IMG/VR virus record: IMGVR_UViG_2778261268_000002
DNA: 64,000 bases
From: a virus
Lineage: Duplodnaviria; Heunggongvirae; Uroviricota; Caudoviricetes
Strand: one strand, 5' to 3'
Below the pieces are notes generated by a model, which was not told where the DNA came from, searched no databases, and worked only from the letters and a program-made list of their open reading frames with translations. The first letter of the stretch is position 1, and each line of letters begins with the position of its first letter. Made by a program: the position numbers and the translations under genes. Positions 21,746-31,142 of this stretch are shown in pieces.

Positions 21746-22327
21746 ATGAAAGGCGAAGTGAAAGAGCGCGGCATGATTTTTAACGATGAGATGGTCCGGG
21801 CAATTCTTGGCGGGAATAAAACACAGACTCGCAGGATTGTTGAAGAAAAATTCTATGGACGGGCAGTGGCCGCAGAGTTGCTTGCCAAGCATTGTCCATA
21901 TGGTCAACCGGGCGATCGTATTTGGGTTCGCGAAACCTACCGGGTACATGGCAAAGCGACGGACGTCGCAACGCTGGTTTATCGCGCAAGCGTGCGTAAC
22001 TCCTGGACAGAACAAACGCACCGGGTTCCGGTCGAGGTTTGTAATAAACCAGTATCAGAAAAGTGGACGCCATCAATTCACATGCCGCGCTGGGCATCGC
22101 GCATTCTTCTGGAAATTACCAACGTGCGCGTTGAGCGGTTGAACGATATCAGCGAATGCGATGCAAGGGCTGAGGGCGCACCAACAGAATCGACCCTCAT
22201 TGGCGATAAGCATTACCCAGGTTTCCGTAGCCTATGGAAATCAATTTATGGCGAAGATAGTTGGAACGCTAATCCCTGGGTGTGGGTAATCGAGTTTGAG
22301 CGTATTCAGGGGGCAACCAGTGAGTAA
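21746..22327 (+). CDS. conserved phage protein (ASCH-like fold suspected)
   Basis: FNDEMVRAILGGNKTQTRR motif common in prophage proteins. Confidence 0.45.
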   Translation: MKGEVKERGMIFNDEMVRAILGGNKTQTRRIVEEKFYGRAVAAELLAKHCPYGQPGDRIWVRETYRVHGKATDVATLVYRASVRNSWTEQTHRVPVEVCNKPVSEKWTPSIHMPRWASRILLEITNVRVERLNDISECDARAEGAPTESTLIGDKHYPGFRSLWKSIYGEDSWNANPWVWVIEFERIQGATSE

Positions 22328-22964
22328 CCGTTTTTACATGATGTGCTTGCGTGAAACTGTGGGTAATAACGCCTCATTCCATTGCCATAACGGCAATGGT
22401 TACAGTTCTGATATCGATCGCGCTCATATTTACACGCTGGAAGAAGCCCAAAAAGCCTGGAATTGTGGGCGAGATATCGATCAGCCTGTTTGTGCCGATA
22501 GTGTGGATGCAATGGCTGTGTGGCACGTTGATTGCCAGTACATCCCTACAGAAAGCCTGATTGAGTCAGATTGCACTGAGTATGTGGCCTACAAAAAAGG
22601 TAGCTGGAACGGCAACGATGTTTACTGGCTTCAACACGGTGGATTGCCAACAGATGACTTCAGTAAAGCGACCATCTTTAGCGTCGTCAACAAAAACGAA
22701 CCAGGAATAGTTTGGTTGCCATTTTCCATTGCTGATGCAGCAAAGCGCCGGACGTTCAATATCAATAACTTTAACCGCAGAACAATGGTTCAGGGCGCAG
22801 GTTTGGTCATGCCTGACTGGTTGAAAGAGCAGAACAGAAGAAAGAAGTCGCGAAGCGGGAAGGTGCGTTGGAATTGTCCGCATTGCGGAAAAATAACCTG
22901 GCAGTACAGCCCATATGATTTTGAAGGCTGTAGTGATTACAACTGTGAAGGATGGCGAGAATGA
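22296..22964 (+). CDS. hypothetical Cys-rich protein
   Basis: 222-aa ORF; C-terminal CPHCGK...CSDYNCEGW cysteine cluster. Confidence 0.45.
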   Translation: MSVFRGQPVSNRFYMMCLRETVGNNASFHCHNGNGYSSDIDRAHIYTLEEAQKAWNCGRDIDQPVCADSVDAMAVWHVDCQYIPTESLIESDCTEYVAYKKGSWNGNDVYWLQHGGLPTDDFSKATIFSVVNKNEPGIVWLPFSIADAAKRRTFNINNFNRRTMVQGAGLVMPDWLKEQNRRKKSRSGKVRWNCPHCGKITWQYSPYDFEGCSDYNCEGWRE

Positions 22965-23614
22965 CAATTGACTATCAGGTACTGCGTGAGGCGGCAGAAA
23001 AGGCAACACCAGACGAATGGGTCGCATTTATTTCGACGGATACTGGTACTTATGCGGTGCACACGCCCGGTGATGAACGATGTGAAGACGTTATCAAATG
23101 GACCGGCTTTGATGGACAGAAAAATGCAGAGAACAACGCTCGTCATGTTGCCGCGTTCAACCCAAAGGTTGCACTGGAGCTGCTTGGTGAAATTAAGTGC
23201 TTGGAGGACACAAATATTGATGCCACGTGCCGAATTTCAGAGCTTGAGACTAATCTCGCTGCGCTGGTGGCAGAGAACGCTGGGCTGAAACACGCAATGG
23301 CCGTAACTCTTGAGCATGTGTCGGTCACGGATGCAGGGCAGGCCGGAGTTGCTGCAATGATTATCAACGATGCCCTGCACCACAGCGAAACTCCAGCTAC
23401 CGATGCTTTCCTGTCTGAAGTGCGGGCGCAGGGGGTGGATGCTGCTATAGAAGCTGCAAAAAATCTGGTGGCCCAAGAATATGAGTATAAGGATTTCAAA
23501 GCGGCGCAGAGTGATTGCTGTATGCACCCTGGTTCAGACCTGGTAGGGAAGGTTGAAATGACTGAGTGGTTAGTTGACTTTGCTGCCCAGCTTCGCAAAG
23601 GAGGCAACCAGTGA
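22952..23614 (+). CDS. hypothetical protein (paralog pair A)
   Basis: N-terminus MTIDYQVLREAAEKATP shared with next gene. Confidence 0.5.
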   Translation: MARMTIDYQVLREAAEKATPDEWVAFISTDTGTYAVHTPGDERCEDVIKWTGFDGQKNAENNARHVAAFNPKVALELLGEIKCLEDTNIDATCRISELETNLAALVAENAGLKHAMAVTLEHVSVTDAGQAGVAAMIINDALHHSETPATDAFLSEVRAQGVDAAIEAAKNLVAQEYEYKDFKAAQSDCCMHPGSDLVGKVEMTEWLVDFAAQLRKGGNQ

Positions 23615-24363
23615 GCGAAATTAATTACCAGGCACTGCGTGAGGCGGCGGAACGTGCAATTCCAGCAATGGAACGCCTGTTAATGTTGCCAGCTGATGAT
23701 GATTTGTTAAGTGAACAGGAACTTAAAGATTACGGTGTGGATATTGATGCGCTCAACGCCTTCAAATTTCTGACCGGACCAGAAACCGTGCTGGCGCTGC
23801 TGGATGAACGGGAAAGAAACCAGCAATACATAAAACGCCGCGATCAGGAGAACGAGGATATTGCGCTAACGGTAGGGAAGCTGAGAGTTGAGCTTGAGGA
23901 AGTAAAACAACACGCTGAAGAATTATCCGAAACCAAGGCTGTTCGTAACCAATGGCGGCCAGATATTTGCCCAATAACCGGACGTGCATTTTTCATGTGG
24001 ATTGAGCATCCAACATTGGGAAATGTGCCGACATATGGTGGCCCATTAGATAGTTACACCATTCCAACAAAGGACGGTGACGGTGAGTTTTCATGTGAGC
24101 GTTACGATCATGATTTTGGCGGTTGGGTAGAAAGCGAATGTCTTGGGTTATATCTGATTGATGATAGAGAACAATGCAGGGTCTACGAACTGGAGGAACG
24201 CGTTAAGGAACTGGATGCTCGGGAAATATCGCTCCCGGAACGTAGCAGCATGCTTCATCGAACAGATTTTCACGATGATTACCAAACGGTAATGGCATAC
24301 AAAGTTTCTGAAGTCATCGCTGCAATCCGCGCCGCAGGCATTCGCATCAAAGGAGGTGAGTAA
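23611..24363 (+). CDS. hypothetical protein (paralog pair B)
   Basis: N-terminus MSEINYQALREAAERAIP; ATGA overlap with previous gene. Confidence 0.5.
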   Translation: MSEINYQALREAAERAIPAMERLLMLPADDDLLSEQELKDYGVDIDALNAFKFLTGPETVLALLDERERNQQYIKRRDQENEDIALTVGKLRVELEEVKQHAEELSETKAVRNQWRPDICPITGRAFFMWIEHPTLGNVPTYGGPLDSYTIPTKDGDGEFSCERYDHDFGGWVESECLGLYLIDDREQCRVYELEERVKELDAREISLPERSSMLHRTDFHDDYQTVMAYKVSEVIAAIRAAGIRIKGGE

Positions 24364-24538
24364 TGCGTGTGGCATGTATCGGCTTGTTACCGTACCCGAC
24401 TCGTTTTTGGGCTTCTGCGCTAATTGCAAAGCCGTATGTCCTGATGGCTGACAACATCATCCCGGCACCAAAGCGCCGCCATACCGGTATTGCAGCGGCA
24501 CGACGAGCAGCAAAGAGACGCAGGAGAGCAAAGCGATG
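24363..24538 (+). CDS. putative small protein with Arg-rich tail (uncertain)
   Basis: TAATG overlap with upstream gene, ends ...RRAAKRRRRAKR with ATGA overlap to next small ORF; below track cutoff. Confidence 0.3.
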
Positions 24539-24712
24539 AAAAACCGTAAGGCAAAACGACTTTTTTTACAGCGACCTGTGCGTGTGGTGGAGCTGGTTAT
24601 TAGCAACCATAAGATAGCGGTACTCCATCCATTTGGTCAGGTGGCTTTTGCCGCAAAGCGTAAGCCTACTGCGTCACAGAACAGGCGGAAGAAAGGGTAC
24701 GCTGTAAGATGA
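24536..24712 (+). CDS. small basic protein MKNRKAK family, copy 1
   Basis: 58 codons; N-terminus MKNRKAKRLFLQRP; paralogous to next ORF. Confidence 0.35.
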   Translation: MKNRKAKRLFLQRPVRVVELVISNHKIAVLHPFGQVAFAAKRKPTASQNRRKKGYAVR

Positions 24713-24897
24713 AAAACCGTAAAGCAAAGATTCTGTTAGTTCGTAGAAACGCTCCTGGCGTCTGGCAGTGGGTGAGACTCAGCAACCGACGGATGGGGTT
24801 GATGAAATATTACGGGATGATGGATTGTGGTTTTTGCAAAAAGCCCAGCGCGGCGCAAAACCGCTGGAAAAACCACTTGCGCACTAAAGGAGAGTGA
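24709..24897 (+). CDS. small basic protein MKNRKAK family, copy 2
   Basis: 62 aa; N-terminus MKNRKAKILLVRR; ATGA overlap with copy 1. Confidence 0.4.
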   Translation: MKNRKAKILLVRRNAPGVWQWVRLSNRRMGLMKYYGMMDCGFCKKPSAAQNRWKNHLRTKGE

Positions 24898-24898
24898 T

Positions 24899-25414
24899 AT
24901 GGCGTTAACACACCGCGAACTCTGTCAGATTGCGTATAAGTTCCTTAAGCGCAACGGGTTCAAGGTTTGTTTTCATGACCGCTTTATAGCTGTAACCAGT
25001 ACCGGAGAACAGCCAGATGCTATGGGATTCAGAAATTCAGCATCATGCCTGATAGAGGCGAAGTGTTCTCGTGCTGACTTGTTGGCAGATAGAAAAAAGC
25101 GTTTTCGTAAAAATCCATCTCTTGGAATGGGCGACTGGCGATTCTTTATTAGTGAGCCGGGAATTATTTCAGTTGAGGATTTACCACCTGGCTGGGGATT
25201 ACTTCACGTTGTTAACGGAAGAGTACGGAAAGTACATGGGTGGCCCAAGGGTAATTGCTGTTGGGGTAATCCTGACGATAAGCCATTTACTGGAAATAAG
25301 CAGGTTGAATGCGATTACATGTTATCTGCATTAAGGCGCATGGAGTTGAGAGGGCACCTTAATGAAATATATGACGGTGTAATTGTTAATAAGAAAGAAG
25401 GAAACGCGGCATGA
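24899..25414 (+). CDS. putative PD-(D/E)xK nuclease-fold protein
   Basis: AGGAG RBS then ATG (MALTHREL...); PDAMGF ... LIEAKCS arrangement resembles D-x(n)-E-x-K. Confidence 0.45.
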   Translation: MALTHRELCQIAYKFLKRNGFKVCFHDRFIAVTSTGEQPDAMGFRNSASCLIEAKCSRADLLADRKKRFRKNPSLGMGDWRFFISEPGIISVEDLPPGWGLLHVVNGRVRKVHGWPKGNCCWGNPDDKPFTGNKQVECDYMLSALRRMELRGHLNEIYDGVIVNKKEGNAA

Positions 25415-26127
25415 TCACTATTACCAAAGAGCGACTACTGACAATCAAGCAGTGGCGCGAAACATACGGACCTGGTAGCAACGTTGTACTGCCAGCAGAA
25501 GAGGCGGAAGAACTGGCACGAATTGCGCTGGCATCGCTGGAAGCAGATCCAGTTGCTTATATTTTCAAACATCCGGCCGGGAAATTATTCTGGTCTTTAA
25601 CGGATGAAAGCAATAAAGAGCAAGCGGACGTTATTCCTGTTTATGCTGCCGCGCCTGCGTCGGTTGTGCCGGATAATGCATCAGAGCCTCTTGCTTATGC
25701 TTACAAAGAGCTTACGCCTGAGATTATGCGCAACCATTTAGCTGTATTCGAGCGATATGGAATAGCCCCAAACGATAGCTCTACCACAATTCAGGCACTG
25801 CGAATCGCGCTGGATGGCATAGAGCGGAGCGACGCCATGCTTCATGGTGCCGAACCTGTAAGCCAAACTTACAAGTTGAACCAGCTATCGGGCAACTCTC
25901 CGGCAACTCCGGATGGTTGGATAAGCTGTAGTGAGCGAATGCCGAATACCAAAACAGCCGTTCTTGTTGCCGTGGAGTTTGACAGGAAAGGTGACTGGCG
26001 AATGAAATGGGCTACTTACATCCCCGGGCATCCTGACGCTAATGATGGGTGGATAATTCCTGGTGCGTCGTGGAAACCGTCACACTGGATGCCGCTACCA
26101 GAACCGCCGCAGGAGGTGAATCAATGA
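25411..26127 (+). CDS. DUF551-like phage protein
   Basis: C-terminal Trp-rich segment ...WISCSERMP...HWMPLPEPP characteristic of DUF551. Confidence 0.5.
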   Translation: MITITKERLLTIKQWRETYGPGSNVVLPAEEAEELARIALASLEADPVAYIFKHPAGKLFWSLTDESNKEQADVIPVYAAAPASVVPDNASEPLAYAYKELTPEIMRNHLAVFERYGIAPNDSSTTIQALRIALDGIERSDAMLHGAEPVSQTYKLNQLSGNSPATPDGWISCSERMPNTKTAVLVAVEFDRKGDWRMKWATYIPGHPDANDGWIIPGASWKPSHWMPLPEPPQEVNQ

Positions 26128-26191
26128 GCTGGCCTGAAGCATTCACCACGGTAGGAATTGTGATGGCGGCAGCACTGGGTTTGTATTCAAT

Positions 26192-26443
26192 TTGTCGCTG
26201 GTGGTAACGATGGGAAAAATAACTTTTGTAGTCGAATTTGAGGATGGCAAAGAGCCACCTGTTAGCGCCAATCTTGATGTTGCTGGTGGCAGGCTGGTTT
26301 CGGTTCTATTTGGTGATTACCGCGACGACTTCTTTCAGCCTGAAGAAGTTGATGTAGTGCGAGAAGCATTAAACGAGCTAAGTGTTGATAACGATGATGC
26401 TCATGCGGAAATCATCAAAAAAATGGAACTGCTAACTCACTAA
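26192..26443 (+). CDS. hypothetical acidic small protein
   Basis: 83-aa ORF. Confidence 0.4.
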   Translation: MSLVVTMGKITFVVEFEDGKEPPVSANLDVAGGRLVSVLFGDYRDDFFQPEEVDVVREALNELSVDNDDAHAEIIKKMELLTH

Positions 26444-26525
26444 ATTATCAATTATGGTGCTATCACCTACGACACCGAGAGAAAATTTATAATGTCAAAA
26501 GTAAATGTTTTGATTTTTTCAGCAA

Positions 26526-26915
26526 TTGTTTGCTTTGGTTTTACTGCCGGAGTGCAGATTTATATTGCGTGGGAAAAAATCATCAACTACGCATGGAGTT
26601 GTTTTATTAAGTGAGGTAAGTATGTGGAGAGGTAATAGTCATGGCAAAAGCCAGATGATACTTACCGAATATAAGCTAGACCACAAAACCAATAAATCAC
26701 GCTCAGTATATTTGCTCCGGCACAATAGCCGCGTAAGAAATACCGTTCTGGAGCAAAATCTGACCGTTGAAATGGATAATTTGGGAAACTTCAAGCCAAC
26801 AATATCGCTTGATGATTTTCCGTGTGGTTTAAGCGAAAGAGAAGCAATGCTGAAATTAGCAGAATGGCTACAAAGATTAAGCATTGCTATTGAAGATAAC
26901 TGGTCTGAACCTTAA
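26526..26915 (+). CDS. hypothetical protein (AT-rich gene)
   Basis: 129-aa ORF; start uncertain. Confidence 0.35.
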   Translation: MFALVLLPECRFILRGKKSSTTHGVVLLSEVSMWRGNSHGKSQMILTEYKLDHKTNKSRSVYLLRHNSRVRNTVLEQNLTVEMDNLGNFKPTISLDDFPCGLSEREAMLKLAEWLQRLSIAIEDNWSEP

Positions 26916-26921
26916 ATTAAT

Positions 26922-27296
26922 ATGATGACACTAAAACATTTTCTTGACCGCCCATTATGGGCGGCAGCCGCAGGCTATGACTTTAATTATATGGATTGCA
27001 TGTCTTATACTGCCAATGCATACGACCATTCGTTCAGCCTGCTGTTTAATTCTTTAAGAATATTGCCGGAAACAGAAGTTGGAGAGCTTCATTTATGGAT
27101 ATTGGGCTTTATCGCGGCTGGAGTTGGTATTGCCGTATGGCCTTTTATTTTCTGGCTGGTGGCTGTTGTAGTGTGGTTTAAGTGCAAGACGTACCGGAAA
27201 AAGTATTTCTTAGGTGATGGAATGACTGATATTGCCAAAATGAACATTGAAAAATGGACTAAGGAATGTGAAAAGAAATGGCGCAAAAAGAAATGA
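26922..27296 (+). CDS. membrane protein
   Basis: Two hydrophobic helices (LWILGFIAAGVGIAVWPFIFWLVAVVVWF). Confidence 0.45.
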   Translation: MMTLKHFLDRPLWAAAAGYDFNYMDCMSYTANAYDHSFSLLFNSLRILPETEVGELHLWILGFIAAGVGIAVWPFIFWLVAVVVWFKCKTYRKKYFLGDGMTDIAKMNIEKWTKECEKKWRKKK

Positions 27297-27958
27297 CTAC
27301 TCTAACGACAGCATACTTACAGCAATTGGTATTTTTTGCAGGCGAGGCTACTTGTCATCCTGACGCAAACTATTTATTGGAATTTGAGAGGTTAGCGTCA
27401 CCCGGTATCGTTCTGGAACTGGCCCAACAGGTGCTGGCCTTGAGACAAAAAGAGCAACATGAAAGTAATACGTGTAGATTGAATTTTGAGCAGTGGCTGG
27501 AACAGCAACGCGGAAAAATCGATGTGGACTGTGGTTGTGTGTCCACTGAAACATTCATGCACTGGCTGCGGGTAGCTTACGAGGCTGGCAACTATCCGGA
27601 TATTCCGGATAGTTCGGTGCCAGCGCCAGGAAAGGGCGTCACCGGTGAACGTATCCGCATTAAGCCGCATGTTTATCGCGAACTGGTTAACCGTCTCCAC
27701 GATACAGCGATCAAGTGTGCTGGCACCCAGCAATTACGAGAAAGAATTAGCCGTGTTTTGGGCGACGTTATTACGCCAGATCATCATAAACAAGCCGAGA
27801 AAAGTGACCTGGAAAGGTGTCACCTTGAGGCGGCATTAAACATTAAGCCGGGGCATACGCTTGGCATTATCGATGCTCTGTTGGTTCATAAGATGGCCAG
27901 GGCTTTATTGCCGCTGGTGGCTGAAAAACATGAGGTGGACCATGCCAACGAAAGCTGA
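27278..27958 (+). CDS. hypothetical protein
   Basis: 226-aa ORF. Confidence 0.5.
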   Translation: MAQKEMTTLTTAYLQQLVFFAGEATCHPDANYLLEFERLASPGIVLELAQQVLALRQKEQHESNTCRLNFEQWLEQQRGKIDVDCGCVSTETFMHWLRVAYEAGNYPDIPDSSVPAPGKGVTGERIRIKPHVYRELVNRLHDTAIKCAGTQQLRERISRVLGDVITPDHHKQAEKSDLERCHLEAALNIKPGHTLGIIDALLVHKMARALLPLVAEKHEVDHANES

Positions 27959-28226
27959 GTTACAGGCGCGCATAGATATTCTTGAAAAAGAGAATGCGAG
28001 TCTAAAAGGAATGCTGGCGCGGGCGGAAAGGGAATTATCAGGCAAATTATTGCCAGAAGAGCTGCCACCAGCAGATATACCTGATCGAGTGTCCTGGTGG
28101 ATGAAGTATTTCCGTGCACCGTGGGAGGCGTTTTGGTGCTACGACCATCGCAGATGGTGTGATGAGCTTGATAGCAGTTTCCCCTATTTTGCGGAAGGGA
28201 ACTCTTGCCCTGAATGTAGGAGTTAA
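27942..28226 (+). CDS. small protein with C-terminal Cys pair (paralog 1)
   Basis: Start at RBS-preceded ATG (MPTKAELQARID...); C-terminus W..FWCYDHRRWCDELDSSFPYF...CPEC. Confidence 0.5.
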   Translation: MPTKAELQARIDILEKENASLKGMLARAERELSGKLLPEELPPADIPDRVSWWMKYFRAPWEAFWCYDHRRWCDELDSSFPYFAEGNSCPECRS

Positions 28227-28531
28227 TGATGACCGGCGAGCTTTATTTTAAAATGGCACGGGAGCGGCGTGTGCATCTGGATCGGATATTTCATCTCCAG
28301 AAGAGAGTAGAAGAACTGGAACGTCGTCTGAACTGTTATCCTGTTGATATGGTGTCTGCAATACCGCCGATTCCAATAGAAATGCAGATCCGCCTATGGA
28401 TGGAAGAATATGGAATGCCGTGGGAGATATTTTTCTGCTTCGACCATAAACAGTGGGTAGATGAGCTGGATAATAGTTTCCCATATTTCACAGAGAACAC
28501 ATGCCCAGTATGCAGGAAGAACGGAATATGA
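28226..28531 (+). CDS. small protein with C-terminal Cys pair (paralog 2)
   Basis: C-terminus W..FFCFDHKQWVDELDNSFPYF...CPVC, same layout as previous gene. Confidence 0.5.
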   Translation: MMTGELYFKMARERRVHLDRIFHLQKRVEELERRLNCYPVDMVSAIPPIPIEMQIRLWMEEYGMPWEIFFCFDHKQWVDELDNSFPYFTENTCPVCRKNGI

Positions 28532-29052
28532 CAAAATTTGGAAAGCTGGAAGCTCATTTGCTAACTCGTAACTACCGCCATGATATACACCCATATAGAC
28601 AGTGGATCGATGAAAGCGAAGGAGTAGTTACATTCCCTCTATACAGGTTTGATGGGATGTTGGCTGGGTATCAGACATATAGACCAGGTGCTCCTAAGCA
28701 GCATAGCAATCCGAAGATGGCCCGGTATTTCACGCGATCACACGGCAGACAATTACTTTGGGGAACCTATCTTCCTTTAAAAGATGGCCCAATATGGATA
28801 ACTGAGTCTATTTTTAAGAGCGCAGCTGTACACAATGCGGGCGGCAATTCGTGGGCGCTGTTAGGTTCGACTTTCTCCGCAGGATTACGCCGTCAACTTG
28901 CGATGCTGCCGTATGACTTTCGTGTAATAGGTGACAATGATGCGGCTGGTGAATTACTTGTGAAGTCTTTCGGAAAAGGTTTTGTGGCCCCGGATCTTGA
29001 CGAGCTACAACCACATGAAGTGTCTCATTTGATTTTTAGCCATAGCCAATAA
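28528..29052 (+). CDS. Toprim-domain protein
   Basis: IWITESIFKSAAVHNAG ... VIGDNDAAGE matches Toprim E...DxD signature. Confidence 0.5.
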   Translation: MTKFGKLEAHLLTRNYRHDIHPYRQWIDESEGVVTFPLYRFDGMLAGYQTYRPGAPKQHSNPKMARYFTRSHGRQLLWGTYLPLKDGPIWITESIFKSAAVHNAGGNSWALLGSTFSAGLRRQLAMLPYDFRVIGDNDAAGELLVKSFGKGFVAPDLDELQPHEVSHLIFSHSQ

Positions 29053-29112
29053 GCATCTCTCCCCTTTGAGGCCACAATTAGTGGCCTTAAACAATGTGTT
29101 TTCTACCTCGAT

Positions 29113-29694
29113 TTAGCCTCTATTATCGTTTTGCATTTCTCTAATCCGGTTCAGAACTACTTCATGCTGGGCTTGGATAGCGGCTTTTTCGTTTTCAAGT
29201 CGGGCAATAGACATCTCTAATTCTTTGCTGTACCAGGCGAGTTGGGCCAGGTTCATCCGGTTGTGGTCGAGAGTTGGAGACACTTCGACGCGATCCCTTT
29301 CTTCCTGCTTTAATGAGAAGAGATTCATCTCATCCCTTGAGGAAAATTCAGCAACAATTTCTTGTTGATGATCCGGTCGCTGCGGCATCCTCGCCAGTAT
29401 AAATGGCGGTTCTTTTGAAAACATGAATGACGGTTTAGACCGTGTTTTGACCCATCTAGCTTGCTGTCTTTCGGCAAGTTCACAGGCTTCATCATAGTTA
29501 TCTACAAAACCAAGCACGGATGGACGGTCCCACGCGCCACCATTCAGACAATAAACAAGAATTTTCCCGTCAGGTTCTGTAACTCCATAGGGATGGTCCC
29601 ACCAGGCGTCCAGCTGGGCTTTGGAGCGTTTCTCGTTAGGAGTGCAGTCAAAATTTTTGGGCAATGCAGGATCGAGAGGAATGCGGGCAGGCAT
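29113..29694 (-). CDS. hypothetical protein divergent from humD
   Basis: 193-aa ORF; coiled-coil C-terminus. Confidence 0.5.
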   Translation of the reverse strand: MPARIPLDPALPKNFDCTPNEKRSKAQLDAWWDHPYGVTEPDGKILVYCLNGGAWDRPSVLGFVDNYDEACELAERQQARWVKTRSKPSFMFSKEPPFILARMPQRPDHQQEIVAEFSSRDEMNLFSLKQEERDRVEVSPTLDHNRMNLAQLAWYSKELEMSIARLENEKAAIQAQHEVVLNRIREMQNDNRG

Positions 29695-29828
29695 GGCTAA
29701 TTCCTTATTAATTGATTAGTAACGAGGTTACGCTGATCCAGCGGTGATGAATAGTAGCAAAGCGCACAAAGTCATCAGAGGGGTTAAGATCCATAACGCG
29801 TTTGCACCAAAGGTGTCTCTTTAATGTA

Positions 29829-29848
29829 TACTGTATAAATGAACAGTA
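29829..29848 (+). promoter_or_regulatory. LexA (SOS) box upstream of humD
   Basis: TACTGTATAAATGAACAGTA matches CTGT-N8-ACAG consensus 20 bp before the humD start. Confidence 0.7.
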
Positions 29849-29867
29849 TTATTGAGGTGAAAACGCT

Positions 29868-30257
29868 ATGGGCTTCCCTTCTCCTGCGGCGGATTATGTT
29901 GAAAGCCGAATTTCTCTTGATCAGCAACTAATCAGGCATCCATCAGCAACCTACTTCATGCGGGCAGCTGATAGCCATCACCGTGAGGGAATATTGCAGG
30001 GTGCTTTGCTGGTGGTTGATTCTTCGCTTACTCCAGTTGATGGTTCGCTGCTTGTGTGCGCTATGGAGGGTGAATATCGCATAAAGAGATACCGAAAGTA
30101 TCCGCGCCAGCACCTGGAGGATTTAAGCACCGGGAAGAAAGAGGCGTTACCAGTAGATGACGATGGATGCACGGGCAGTAATGCTGTGTTTGGTGTGATC
30201 ACTCATGTCATTAATGATGCCCGAAGTGGGGAATTTGATGATTGTCCGGTGATTTAA
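29868..30257 (+). CDS. humD: UmuD-like protein (UmuD-prime-like, lacking N-terminal arm)
   Basis: S24 peptidase-like core with strong resemblance to UmuD C-terminal domain. Confidence 0.8.
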   Translation: MGFPSPAADYVESRISLDQQLIRHPSATYFMRAADSHHREGILQGALLVVDSSLTPVDGSLLVCAMEGEYRIKRYRKYPRQHLEDLSTGKKEALPVDDDGCTGSNAVFGVITHVINDARSGEFDDCPVI

Positions 30258-30329
30258 GCTGCAAAGTGCTGGTGCTTTATGCCTGTGACGTTTATAATTG
30301 TGTACACATAACGAGTACACGAGGTGTTT

Positions 30330-30551
30330 ATGCAATCCATTAACTTCCGTACCGCGCGCGGCAACCTTTCTGAAGTGCTCAACAATGTTGAAGCCGGGGA
30401 AGAGGTTGAAATCACCCGCAGAGGCCGTGAGCCAGCAGTAATTGTCAGCAAGGCTACTTTCGAAGCCTACAAAAAAGCGGCGCTGGATGCTGAATTTGCA
30501 TCCCTGTTTGACACCCTGGACTCCACCAACAAGGAACTGGTTAACCGATAA
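30330..30551 (+). CDS. phd: antitoxin Phd
   Basis: [49 protein letters not shown]... recalled as P1 Phd; ATGA overlap with doc. Confidence 0.9.
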
Positions 30552-30931
30552 TGAGGCATATATCACCGGAAGAACTTATTGCGCTTCATGATGCGAATAT
30601 AAGCCGCTACGGCGGCCTGCCTGGCATGTCAGATCCGGGCAGGGCAGAGGCCATTATCGGGAGAGTTCAGGCCAGAGTTGCCTACGAAGAGATCACCGAC
30701 CTTTTCGAAGTCTCCGCCACCTACCTAGTGGCTACAGCGAGAGGGCATATATTCAATGATGCCAATAAGCGTACCGCGCTAAACAGCGCGCTGCTATTTC
30801 TACGCCGTAACGGGGTGCAGGTATTTGATTCACCTGAACTGGCAGACCTTACTGTAGGCGCTGCGACTGGCGAGATATCTGTATCTTCTGTCGCCGACAC
30901 GTTACGTAGATTGTATGGTTCTGCGGAGTAG
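30551..30931 (+). CDS. doc: toxin Doc (Fic-fold kinase)
   Basis: 126 aa, [25 protein letters not shown]... recalled as P1 Doc. Confidence 0.9.
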
Positions 30932-31115
30932 ATTAATGGCACGTAAATACAACAAGTTGTCCCGTGAAGCGTTAAAGATGCTTCTTGATGGCGTGAGTCG
31001 CCGCGAGGTAAAGCAATACCTGGTTGGTAAGCAAGTTGGTGTCAGGACCGCTATTGCTGTGTTATGCCGTCAGGAAATGGTTGTGCTTAAACAGAGAATG
31101 CCGGGCAGCAGATAA
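30915..31115 (+). CDS. hypothetical small basic protein downstream of doc
   Basis: 66-aa ORF overlapping doc 3-prime end. Confidence 0.4.
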
Positions 31116-31142
31116 AGCCCAATCAGTGATGAAAGGTGTGAT

